From Octopus bimaculoides (lineage: Eukaryota), in NCBI RefSeq assembly GCF_001194135.2, contig NC_068986.1, positions 96,865,831 to 96,903,788 on the forward strand: DNA of 37,958 nt, in the 5' to 3' direction. Positions 1 to 9,535 of this stretch are shown piece after piece. The translations under genes were made by a program, and so were the position numbers. The notes beneath the pieces are model-generated. The model had not been told where the DNA came from. It saw only the letters and a program-made list of their open reading frames with translations, and searched no databases. Numbering within the stretch: the first letter of the stretch is position 1; every line of letters starts with the position of its first letter.

Positions 1-280
1 GGTGGTCATCGTTGGCTGGACGAAGCTGTTGAAGTGGTCGCTGGCTAATTGTTGCTGCTGCTGTCGTGTGGTACACGGAACAGTCTCTATAGAGAAACTG
101 GACCGAGACAAATTTGGTGGGTATGAGTTGATCTATTTATAGCGTATTATCGGCTCACCAGACATCAGAAATATACTCTATCACGTGACCTTATTAAGGG
201 CTGTGATTGGTCAGTTTGCGTTCTGGCGGGAACGGTTCGAAGAATTTGCCGCTTCGAATATTAATCAGTCACGTGATGAC
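1..280 (-). promoter_or_regulatory. Candidate Pol II promoter and 5' leader of a leftward gene that runs off the window (possible ATG at 9-7, Met-Thr-Thr)
   Basis: Minus strand has TATAAATA (plus 134-141), CCAAT (plus ATTGG 206-210) and two TCACGTGA E-boxes (181-188, 269-276) in promoter-like order. ATG context is caacgATGacc. The region is CpG-containing in an AT-rich background. Confidence 0.45.
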
Positions 281-505
281 AAGGTTAATGTTTTCCGCTA
301 CGTTCGCGTTTGTTTATATTTAAATGAGAAGAATGGCGATAGTAGTTTTGTATCTAATGGCGATAGGTAGTTTCACTACATATATATACAGAGAGAGAGA
401 GAGATTCAGATGAATATGGTACCCAAGTTGAGGCACCAGAATTTAGTACGGTATTATCCATACAATTTCAAAGTAAGGTGATACTGCGTTTCAAATCATT
501 AACGA

Positions 506-801
506 TGTAACATTTCTTTATTTCATATAAAAACTACGTGTATAGCTTTGTTAAGCTATATATACAAACAAACTAATAGACACCAGAGTACATTTATCAA
601 AGGTTTATTACTTTACATACATCAGGGCTTAAGTCGCCAGTTATTTCTGTTTAGTTAAATCACATTCGTTTAACGCACACTGCTGACACTCTTTTGTTCT
701 TCTTCTCCCACCAGAAGTCTCTTTCGCTGCTGACCAACTTCCTAGCTGACCCACAGTGAAGTTCTTGTCTACAGTTCATCTGTCGTGAATCCTGCCCTAC
801 A
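506..801 (-). mobile_element. Probable 3' LTR of a Gypsy/Ty3 retrotransposon
   Basis: Minus strand starts TGTAGGGC directly after a polypurine tract (GGTGGAGGAGCTA, plus 802-814) and ends ...AATAAAGAAATGTTACA (TG...CA). It lies downstream of the integrase. The left boundary is inferred because the partner LTR is not visible. Confidence 0.6.
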
Positions 802-1850
802 TAGCTCCTCCACCAGAACTGTTGACTGTCATTGGAAATGGGAAGGGGTTTTAATTGTTCTGCCCATGCCTGTGGCTACTCGATTCTTTGGTGACTGTTC
901 CTTGTAAATGGTTGGTGTGATCCGCTTAGGGCGGCCCTTGTTTGGTGGCTGGGCTACCTGAACGGGGCTGTCAATATCGAGATTGGCTGGTTTCAATCTA
1001 TCGATGGAGACTGTGTCTTGTCGTCCGCCAATTAGTAGTTGGAATGTTTTATTTCCCAGATGTATGACTTGATATGGACCATTGTAGAGTGACTGGAGGG
1101 TTATGTGTCATGTGTCACCTTGAATGAACATAAAATTAGCCATACGGAGGTCATTTAGTATGGATGATCTGGGTGTACCGTGTGCCGACATAGGAACAGG
1201 GTGCAACTGGCCCATGCTGTCTCTCAGTTGAGCAAAGTACCTTTTGACATCCGGGTCTGACTTCGTATACGGAAGGAACTCTAAAAGGGGCACTGTACAC
1301 CATTTCCGTGGAGGAAGTGTTGAGATTTTCTTTTGAGGCATTGCAGATTCCCAGTATCAGCCATGGGAGTTGGTCAATCCAATTTGGCCCGTTAAATCTG
1401 GTTGTAAGGGATTCCTTCAGGCGGCGGTGAAATCTCTCCACTAATCCATTGGCCTGTGGGTGGTAGGCTGTTGTGCAGTTCATTGTGATTCCGAAAAGGT
1501 CACATGTCATTCCACAGCTTTGAGGTGAATTGTGGACCCCGATCGGATGAGATGCTGTCTGGGACACTGAAACGAGCAACCCAGTTTGCAAAGAAGGCTG
1601 GCTGTCTTCTTGTGTTTCTGTGCTGCGGAGAGGGATAGCCTCAGGCTAACGGGTGTAGCGGTCTATCAAGGTCAATAGATATGAGCAACTCTGCGAAGGT
1701 GGTAGGAGGCCGACAAGGTTGGCATGGCTGAGGCGGTTTATGGTTACTTTAGTGTGTTGATTGAGCTTGGCTTGTTGACAGGGGATGCAAGTCATGGTCC
1801 AGTCTCCGATTTGCTCGGCCAAATGCATCACAATCCATTTTCTTGAAAGT
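802..1850 (-). mobile_element. Degenerate Gypsy/Ty3 integrase (zinc-binding, rve core, GPY/F C-terminus), frameshifted
   Basis: ORF fragments read TCIPCQQAK...LLPPSQSCSYLLTLIDRYTR (1646-1831) and TTAYHPQANGLVERFHRRLKESL...NWIDQLPWLILGI (1151-1591). A further frame reads LYNGPYQV...VSIDRLKPA near 980-1090. Confidence 0.9.
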
Positions 1851-1958
1851 TAAGACGAATTGAAGTGGACTCCGGTGAATTTTCCGAAATACCCCACCCA
1901 CCCCTCCTAAAACACTTTCCCACCAAAAGTTTGTATATTCGGAATCTACATGATATAA

Positions 1959-2417
1959 NNNNNNNNNNNNNNNNNNNNNNNNNNNNNNNNNNNNNNNNNN
2001 NNNNNNNNNNNNNNNNNNNNNNNNNNNNNNNNNNNNNNNNNNNNNNNNNNNNNNNNNNNNNNNNNNNNNNNNNNNNNNNNNNNNNNNNNNNNNNNNNNNN
2101 NNNNNNNNNNNNNNNNNNNNNNNNNNNNNNNNNNNNNNNNNNNNNNNNNNNNNNNNNNNNNNNNNNNNNNNNNNNNNNNNNNNNNNNNNNNNNNNNNNNN
2201 NNNNNNNNNNNNNNNNNNNNNNNNNNNNNNNNNNNNNNNNNNNNNNNNNNNNNNNNNNNNNNNNNNNNNNNNNNNNNNNNNNNNNNNNNNNNNNNNNNNN
2301 NNNNNNNNNNNNNNNNNNNNNNNNNNNNNNNNNNNNNNNNNNNNNNNNNNNNNNNNNNNNNNNNNNNNNNNNNNNNNNNNNNNNNNNNNNNNNNNNNNNN
2401 NNNNNNNNNNNNNNNNG
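1959..2417. other. Assembly gap (N run)
   Basis: Run of N. Other gaps are at 6612-6898, 14171-14180, 17486-17585 and 27877-28014. Confidence 1.
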
Positions 2418-2829
2418 CCACAATACACACACACAGATGAAACGAAGAGACATTTGGAAATGAAATGGAGATACATACTGAAATAAATAATATGTCACGA
2501 AGGGTTTCCGTTCAACATATCCCCACCAGCAATTTGTTAGCTAACCCTACGCTAAACTCAAGATGCTGAATTTTGGGATCCAATAGCAGAATTAGTCGTG
2601 CGATGGATCAAATGTCGAGAGGTCTTCGATTATATTCTTTTTTTTTTTTTCTGAGCTCAAATTTTACTTAACTTGTCATCTTTCCAGTGGTTGATAAAAT
2701 AAATACCAGTTGATTATTTAGGACGAATTAATCGACTATCTACCCCCACCCGTTTGTGTCTTTGTATCAAAAGTAGAAATCAAAATCATCGCTACATTCA
2801 ATAGCTCTTAGAAAAATGTCAATAGAGGA

Positions 2830-2990
2830 CTAAAGAAATCGGTCAAACTAAAGGGTTTAACCAGGGGGAAAAAAAAGAAAAAACAAATTCTAATAGGTAT
2901 AAAACAACTAGCTGCGAACGAATATGATGCAAAAAATTCGCGCTCGCGAACGGGGTTGGGGAGAGGGCTCGGAACATTTACATCGTCACA
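2830..2990 (-). mobile_element. Helitron-type 3' terminal segment (minus orientation)
   Basis: Reverse complement of the unit at 3253-3405 and 24560-24729. It has the terminal hairpin GGTCAAAC/GTTTRACC (2841-2862) followed on the minus strand by TTAG|T. Confidence 0.65.
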
Positions 2991-2997
2991 CATCACA

Positions 2998-3416
2998 CAT
3001 ATTCGTTCCCAGCAAGTTGTTTTACACCTATTAGCCTATTTTTTTATTATTTTGTCACCGGGTCAAACACTATAATTCAGAGGCCATGGAATGACGATAT
3101 GTGACGATGTGAATGTTCCGAGTCCTCTCCCCACCCCGCCTTTCGCGGGAGCGCATTAGTTTTTTCATATTCGTTCAGAGTAAGTCGTTTTATATCTATT
3201 ACACTATTTTCTTTTGTTACTTGGCTCCGGTGAGGCGTCTCGGAACATTCAGGATGTGAATGTTCCGAGGCCTCTCCTCACCTCACCCTCGTTCGCGAGC
3301 GCGCGTTTTTTTTCTTCATATTCATTCGCAGCAAGTTGTTTTACACCTATTAGAATATTTCATTTTTTTTATTTCCCACCCGGTCAAACCCTTTAGTTTG
3401 ACCGGAATCTGGGCTG
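2998..3416 (+). mobile_element. Helitron-type 3' terminal region with ~130-150 bp subrepeats and terminal hairpin (plus orientation)
   Basis: Repeated gatgtgaatgttccgag..cctctcc..catattc..gttttacacctatta units. Hairpin CCGGTCAAAC-ccttta-GTTTGACCGG at 3380-3405. The same sequence ends the helicase-bearing element at 24460-24729. Confidence 0.65.
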
Positions 3417-3610
3417 TGATTCTTGAATCACTGAAACGAAGTAAAGAGTAATTATCAAAATTTAAAAATCAGTAAAAAAACTCCATGACCGATGAAAGGA
3501 CAGTACAAATTATTCTATTTCATACTTTTGTACAATGATTCTGTTTTTATATGACAGGGCAAATAAAATTCTGCATTGTTTATAATTTGTCTTAAGTGAC
3601 GAGTAGTTTT

Positions 3611-3795
3611 GTCTGTACTTCCGGTCAGCCATAACACGCTGTATTCTGATTTCTCCTTGTTAAATCTTATGTTGGACACAGATACTGAGTAGTTGGTAAA
3701 CATAATGACTATAATGTGAATACAGAAGGAATACGTTACTATACATCTGTGCAATATATTTAATGTAAAGAGAAATACATTATGTTGAGGTAAGA
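3611..3795 (+). promoter_or_regulatory. Putative promoter and non-coding exon 1 of ZF1, with 5' splice donor at 3789/3790
   Basis: ETS-like ACTTCCGGT at 3617-3625. Donor ttatgttgag|GTAAGataactttgtttgat is paralogous to 25358 (ttatgttgag|GTAAGctaactattgtttgat) and 16146. No transcript data. Confidence 0.55.
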
Positions 3796-4065
3796 TAACT
3801 TTGTTTGATGTTTGTTTGTAGTTAGTCTTGTGGTGTGTTACGTGAAGACAGATATTCAGTTTAGTAAGTATTGTTGTGATGCTTTAAATTGATGAGACTG
3901 TGTGCTCGGGAATTGAAGTAATTGCTCAGCTGAACGTACTTAAATAGCTAAGAATATTTATATACACAATAGATTATGTGATACGGTGTGTGGTATAACA
4001 TAATTGTTTATGGCAGTTTACTCTCAGGTAAGTTAAAGGGACACTCACTTGACACAAACATAGAG

Positions 4066-4660
4066 CTGGGTGGTATGGCTGAATCGTTAGAGCGCCTGTT
4101 ATGGCCCTTTAGGTCCTGAAATCAGATTCTGTTGAAGCCACCTTGTCCTTTTATCCATCCGTAGTTGATGGAATAAAATCTGGCATTCCGTCGTTTACGA
4201 CGACGAGGGTTCCAGTTGATCCGATCAACAGAACAGCCTGCTCGTGAAATTAACGAGAGCACTCCACAGACAGAGTTCTCTGGGAGATTCAATGTGACAA
4301 GGCTGGCCCTTTGAAATACAGGTACTTTTCATTTTTGCCAGCTAAATGGACTGGAGCAACGTGAAATAGTGTCTTGCTTAAGGACACAACGCGTCGCCGG
4401 GAATTGAACTCACGACCTTGCAATCGTGAGCCGAATACTCTAACCACTAAGCTATGCGCCTTCAGTTGATGGAGTAAAGATCAATCACATAGCTGGTCAA
4501 TGTAATCAACTTAACCCGTCCCCAAATTTGGGTTTCTCATGCCTATGTGAGAAATTGGCGAGTTGGTAAAATCGTTAGCATGTCGACAAAATGCTTGGCT
4601 TTTCTTTCAGCTCCTCAGGTTCTAAGTACAAATTCTGCTAAAGTCGACTTTACCTATCAA
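4066..4660 (+). mobile_element. Old degenerate tRNA-type SINE copies (family C-like), one interrupted by a younger SINE
   Basis: Heads ggtatggctgaatcgttag (4075) and gagttggtaaaatcgttagc (4560), plus aagtcgacttt and gtcaatgtaatc motifs, match the family seen intact at 36592-36823. Confidence 0.5.
4181..4462 (-). mobile_element. tRNA-derived SINE (family B: different head and centre, same 3' tail as family A)
   Basis: Minus strand has A box tagcttagtgg, B box gagttcaattcc, centre ttgtgtccttaagcaagacact and tail ...gatcggatcaactggaaccctcgtcgtcgtaaacgacggaatgcca. Degenerate TSD agttgatggaataaaatc (4163-4180) / agttgatggagtaaagatc (4464-4482). Confidence 0.85.
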
Positions 4661-5820
4661 AAACCAAAGTCTTAGTAAGTAGGAAGGCAGACAAATTACA
4701 AATCCCTTCAGGTAGATGGCCCTGCTTGATCTGTAGAAAAGGCATAGGTAGAAACTCCATACGATGTACCTGGTGTAAGCTATGGACTCATAAGAGGTGC
4801 AGCAATATCAAAGGAAGGTTAACTGGGAAGATAGTTTTTGTGTGGCAGATGCACAGGTGTAATGAACACTGAAGACGTACAGAAAATAGATTCCATCTCG
4901 TGCCAGGGGGAAAAACTAGAAGTAGTTGATAGCTTCTGTTACCTAGGTGACCAAATCAATAGCGAGGGTGGATACTCTGAGAGCATAGCTGCTAGAATAA
5001 GAATAGCCTGGGCAGAGTTCAGAGAGCTCCTACCTCTGCTAGTAACAAAGGGCCTCTCTCTCAGTAAAAGGTAGACTGTATGATGTCTCTGTGTGAACAG
5101 CTATACCACACATCAGTGAAACATGAGCTGTAACTGCTGAGGACATGCGCAGGCTTGAATGAAATGTAGTTAGTATGCTCTGCTGGATGTTCAATATCAG
5201 TGTACATACACGATAGAGTGTAAGCACTCTGAGAGAGAAAGTGGACAATAAAAGCATCAGATGTGGTGTGCAAGAGAGACGACTGTGCTGGTATGGTCAT
5301 GTGATGTATATGGATGAGGACAACTGTGTGAAGAAGTGTCACACCCTAACAGTGGAGGGAACCTGTGGAAGAGGTAGACATGGGATGAGGTGGTGAAGCA
5401 CGACCTTCAAACGTTGGGCCTCACAGAGGCAATGACAAGCGACTGAGACCTTTGGAAATATACTGTACTTAAGAAGACTCCGCAAGCCAAGTGAGATTGT
5501 AGTTGTGACCGATGTCAATGTTGCATAACTGGCCTGTTTAAAAAAGCAGCCCTCAATCGTTGGGCAATATGCCATGCTTGTGAAGACCTGTTGAACTGAG
5601 TGAAATTGTAGTCGTGGCCAATAACAGTGCCACGTAACTGGCACCCGTGCCAGAGGCACGTAGAAGGCATCATTCAAGTGTGGCTGATGCCAGTGCTATC
5701 TGACTGACTCCTGTGCCAGTGGCACTAAAAACACCCACTACATTCTCGGAGTGGTTAGTGTTAGGAAGGGCATCCAGCTGTAGAAACCTCGGCAAATGAG
5801 ATTGGAGCCTGATGATGATG
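4659..5820 (+). mobile_element. 5'-truncated RTE-type LINE: RT C-terminus with a PHD-like insertion, 3' UTR and (GAT)n tail; inactivated
   Basis: Translation gives KTKVL...WPCLICRKGIGRNSIRCTWCKLWTHKRC, LEVVDSFCYLGDQI, ARIRIAWAEFRELLPLL and RRLCWYGHV, with frameshifts and stops. The 3' UTR matches the short copies elsewhere in the window. Confidence 0.88.
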
Positions 5821-6898
5821 AATTCATTAGCTTCCACTTTTGCTTATTTAAGAAAAATGTATTCTGTAATTGCATATTTATTTCATGGATTTGCTGTTCC
5901 ATAATATAAAAGTACTTTGAATTGCTATAAATTACTTATGAGAAAGCATTAGCCATTTTCTTTGCTGTTGTTTATTATTTTTTAAAACTTGCTTCAGCTA
6001 TCATGTCATATGAGAATATCATTTCCTCTTTTTAATTATTCATTTTTTTATGCTTAAAATTGCATTGTAACAGTTTTGCCTTCATCTGTTTCAATTCAGT
6101 ACAAGTACAGTACAGTGTATCATTTGGCAGGTTTGTTTTTCATCAAAGCGACTCTGCTTTTTACACATTTGCATTAGTTTAACACCTGCATACAAATTAC
6201 ACATAGAGTAATACTGACTTTAAAGCCAAATAATTTTAGAACCAGAAATGCTACAGATGAGGAAAGCTAACAGAAAATCCAGCTATGTTTCACTGGTCCA
6301 TTTAGGTGTATGCTACAAGTTCCAGTCGTACAGTGGCTGAGATTTCATGAATTATTGCCAGCTCTCATACAGTGCAAAATCTCTAAAGGGGATCTCACGA
6401 AAGAGCAGAATTCAAAGGCACTCAACTGATTGGCATAAAATCATTTACAGACATGGCCTCTGGCCCACAGACGTGCTGTCTCCTGTTTTTACTTTTTTTC
6501 ACTGCTGCTATAACAGCCTCTGCACTATGAAGTTGGCTAGTGTCATGCTATCTCTAACTCAAACATTCCTGACTTACTCAGCCCACCCCATCATCTTCCA
6601 TGTTGTGTCCANNNNNNNNNNNNNNNNNNNNNNNNNNNNNNNNNNNNNNNNNNNNNNNNNNNNNNNNNNNNNNNNNNNNNNNNNNNNNNNNNNNNNNNNN
6701 NNNNNNNNNNNNNNNNNNNNNNNNNNNNNNNNNNNNNNNNNNNNNNNNNNNNNNNNNNNNNNNNNNNNNNNNNNNNNNNNNNNNNNNNNNNNNNNNNNNN
6801 NNNNNNNNNNNNNNNNNNNNNNNNNNNNNNNNNNNNNNNNNNNNNNNNNNNNNNNNNNNNNNNNNNNNNNNNNNNNNNNNNNNNNNNNNNNNNNNNNN

Positions 6899-7174
6899 CA
6901 GTGCCCCTGGACTAGCTCTTGTGTGGGTGGCACATAAAATACACCGTTTTGAGTGTGGCCGTTGCCAGTACCGCCTGACTGGCCTTCGTGCGGGTGACAC
7001 GTAAAAGCACCCACTACATTCTCGGAGTGGTTGGCGTTAGGAAGGGCATCCAGCTGTAGAAACTCTGCCAAATCAGATTGTTGACTGGTGTTGCCATCCG
7101 GTTTCACCAGTCCTCAGTCAAATCGTCCAACCCATGCTAGCATGGAAAGCGGACGTTAAACGATGATGATGATG
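6899..7174 (+). mobile_element. RTE-type LINE 3' end, young copy
   Basis: ctcggagtggttggcgttaggaagggcatccagctgtagaaac...gcatggaaagcggacgttaaacgatgatgatg, nearly identical to 10871-10972, 11641-11794 and 31645-31953. Confidence 0.85.
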
Positions 7175-7354
7175 ACATTGTTGTCATTAATTATATTAGT
7201 ATCTTGTTCATTAATCTCAGTATTGCAAGTCTAACTTCGAGATAGTAAGGCCTGGCATCAATTATTTTAGACTTAAATGCTCTCAACATATGTTTGCATC
7301 ACACACGCACACACAAGATAACATAATCTGTTACATGCACAATCTTATTTTTAC

Positions 7355-7669
7355 ATACTAAGATTTATTTTCTTTAATTGCAGATCAGAATTGTTGAAAA
7401 GTTGAATTCTATCAAGATGTCATCATTCAGACAGTGTTAACTGTAATAACCAGTGTGTTGTGTTTATCCAAATTGTTTGACTGTAACAGTGTGATGTAAG
7501 ATATGTATATTTACTGTAGACAAAATAAGGTTGACATTAGAAGTTCAGAAATATAATTGATTTCTTTGAAGAAAATATATTCCATTTTGGAATTTGTTGA
7601 AAGAAATGCTTGTGTTATTGTATTTGTCTTAGAGAAATCAATGTCTGTTAAAGTGTTATTAATTGCATT
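7355..7669 (+). other. 3' splice acceptor (AG at 7382-7383) and ~290 nt 5' leader of ZF1, with a uORF at 7417-7440
   Basis: actaagatttattttctttaattgcAG| is paralogous to 19996 (tctaagattttttcttttaattccAG|) and 29503 (tttaatttcAG|). The leader aligns with those of ZF2 and ZF3. The uORF encodes MSSFRQC*. Confidence 0.6.
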
Positions 7670-9361
7670 ATGTTTGCAATGGAGAAAAAACTTTACAAAT
7701 GTGATATTTGTGAGAAAGAATTTTCTCATAATTATAGATTATCAAATCACAAGCGCATTCATACAGGAGAACACTTATATTGTGAAATCTGTGGCAAAGG
7801 ATTTTCTTTCAAAAGTGCCTTAACAGATCATGTTCGTACTCACACTGGAGACAAACCATATGTTTGTAAGATCTGTGGGAGAGCATTTTCTCGTCGCAAT
7901 AATTTAGCAACACACAGCAATATTCACTCTGAAAATAAGGTATACCAATGTGATATTTGTGGGAAAAAACTTTCTTGTAGACGTTCTTTAACAGAGCATA
8001 TGCGTACTCATACAGGGGAAAAACCATATCAGTGTGATAAATGTGATAAATCCTTTTCACGTAGTGGAGAATTATCACTTCACAAGCATATTCACACAGA
8101 CGGAACACCATACCGCTGTAAATTTTGTGGATTAGCATTTACTCATAAGACTTTGTTATCACATCATAAAGTCATTCACACTGGAAAAGATATATACTCC
8201 TGTGAAATTTGTGGCAAAACATTCTCTAGCTGGATTCCTTTTAAACGTCATAGACTTATTCACAATGCTAAAAAATACAAATGTGAAATCTGTGGTAAAG
8301 CATTTTCTTGTAATAATACATTATCTTATCACAAACGCATTCACTCAGGAGACAAGGCATTTCAATGTGAAATTTGTGGGAAAACATTTTCTTTTAATTA
8401 TCGGTTGTTACTTCATAAAACTGTCCACACAGGATATCCGTTCCGCTGTGAGATCTGTGGGAAATCTTTTTTTTCTAACAATTACTTAAAAGACCATAAA
8501 CGTATTCATACCGGAGAAAAACCACACCAATGCGAAATATGTGGCAAATCTTTTTCTTGTAAGAGTAACTTATCATTTCATAAACGTAACCATAACTTAA
8601 ATAAATCTTTGCAGTGTAAAATTTGTGGGGAAACATTTTCTTATTCTTACCAATTCTCAAATCATGAATGTAGTCACACAGATGAAAAATATTCCTGTGA
8701 AATATGTGGTAAAGAATTTTCTAGTAACCATAAATTGTTAAATCATAAGCGTACTCATGTAAGTGAAAAACCATATGAGTGTGACATCTGTGGGAAATTA
8801 TTTTCATTCAATTATAAATTAACTGTTCACAAATATACCCACACCGGAGAAAAGCCATACCAGTGTGAGATTTGTGGAAAATCATTTGCATACAATTATA
8901 AACTAACAAATCATGTACGTAGTCACACTGGAGAAAAACCATTCAATTGTGATATATGTGAGAAATCTTATTCTACATGCAGCCTTTTAACAGATCATAA
9001 ACGTAGTCACACAGGAGAGAAACCTTACATCTGTGACATTTGCGATGAAACATTTCCTAGTAGTAAGAAATTATTGCATCACAAGCATCTTCATACAGGA
9101 GAGAAACCATATCATTGCGACATATGTGGGAATGGATTTTCTCATCCTTCTGGTGTATCTGTTCATAAACGTATTATCCACGATGGAGTAAAACCATACC
9201 CCTGTGACTCGTGTGGGGAAGCATTCTCTACTCGTAGAAAATTATCACACCATAAACGTATTCATACTACAAATTCATCATCATTGTCATTGTCATCATC
9301 ATCATCATCATCATGTGAATATAAAAATTGTCTTCAGACTGTAGAGAATGTAGAACATTGA
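7670..9361 (+). CDS. C2H2 (Kruppel-type) poly-zinc-finger protein ZF1, 19 tandem fingers, 563 aa, no N-terminal effector domain
   Basis: Intact ORF with 19 C-x2-C-x12-H-x3(4)-H repeats, many TGEKPY linkers and a short Ser-rich tail. Confidence 0.95.
   Translation: MFAMEKKLYKCDICEKEFSHNYRLSNHKRIHTGEHLYCEICGKGFSFKSALTDHVRTHTGDKPYVCKICGRAFSRRNNLATHSNIHSENKVYQCDICGKKLSCRRSLTEHMRTHTGEKPYQCDKCDKSFSRSGELSLHKHIHTDGTPYRCKFCGLAFTHKTLLSHHKVIHTGKDIYSCEICGKTFSSWIPFKRHRLIHNAKKYKCEICGKAFSCNNTLSYHKRIHSGDKAFQCEICGKTFSFNYRLLLHKTVHTGYPFRCEICGKSFFSNNYLKDHKRIHTGEKPHQCEICGKSFSCKSNLSFHKRNHNLNKSLQCKICGETFSYSYQFSNHECSHTDEKYSCEICGKEFSSNHKLLNHKRTHVSEKPYECDICGKLFSFNYKLTVHKYTHTGEKPYQCEICGKSFAYNYKLTNHVRSHTGEKPFNCDICEKSYSTCSLLTDHKRSHTGEKPYICDICDETFPSSKKLLHHKHLHTGEKPYHCDICGNGFSHPSGVSVHKRIIHDGVKPYPCDSCGEAFSTRRKLSHHKRIHTTNSSSLSLSSSSSSSCEYKNCLQTVENVEH
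9275..9313 (+). repeat. (TCA)n microsatellite encoding the poly-Ser tail of ZF1
   Basis: tcatcatcattgtcattgtcatcatcatcatcatcatca in frame, giving SSSLSLSSSSSSS. Confidence 0.85.
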
Positions 9362-9535
9362 AGTTGTGGTTATTTTTCAAAACCATATAAATCTTTTAAA
9401 ATGTATGGAGGTGAATGTTATTATTAAGTTGTTTGTGTAAACCTTCTCCATTGGTATGGTACTTAATACCACATCTTGCCTTCCATCTGCTCTATTTAAC
9501 ATCATATTTATTTTTTATTAACCTATAACATCATG

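Noticed and set aside
221-262. Possible heat-shock element (GAA/TTC-rich stretch)
   Set aside because: Spacing does not fit nGAAnnTTCnnGAAn.
1749-2498. Long ORFs spanning N runs (also 6347-7107, 17412-17812, 27728-28063)
   Set aside because: Artefacts of translating through assembly gaps.
7095-7125. Hammerhead-like core on the minus strand of RTE 3' ends (CTGAGGA-ctggt-GAAA)
   Set aside because: Stem II cannot pair, there is no stem III with a UH cleavage triplet, and GAAA is absent in the 10871 copy.
7809-8660. Extra ORFs overlapping ZF1 (7809-8138 -, 8202-8489 +, 8475-8660 -), and the equivalents over ZF2 and ZF3
   Set aside because: These are off-frame and antisense shadows of the repetitive finger codons, with no independent protein features.
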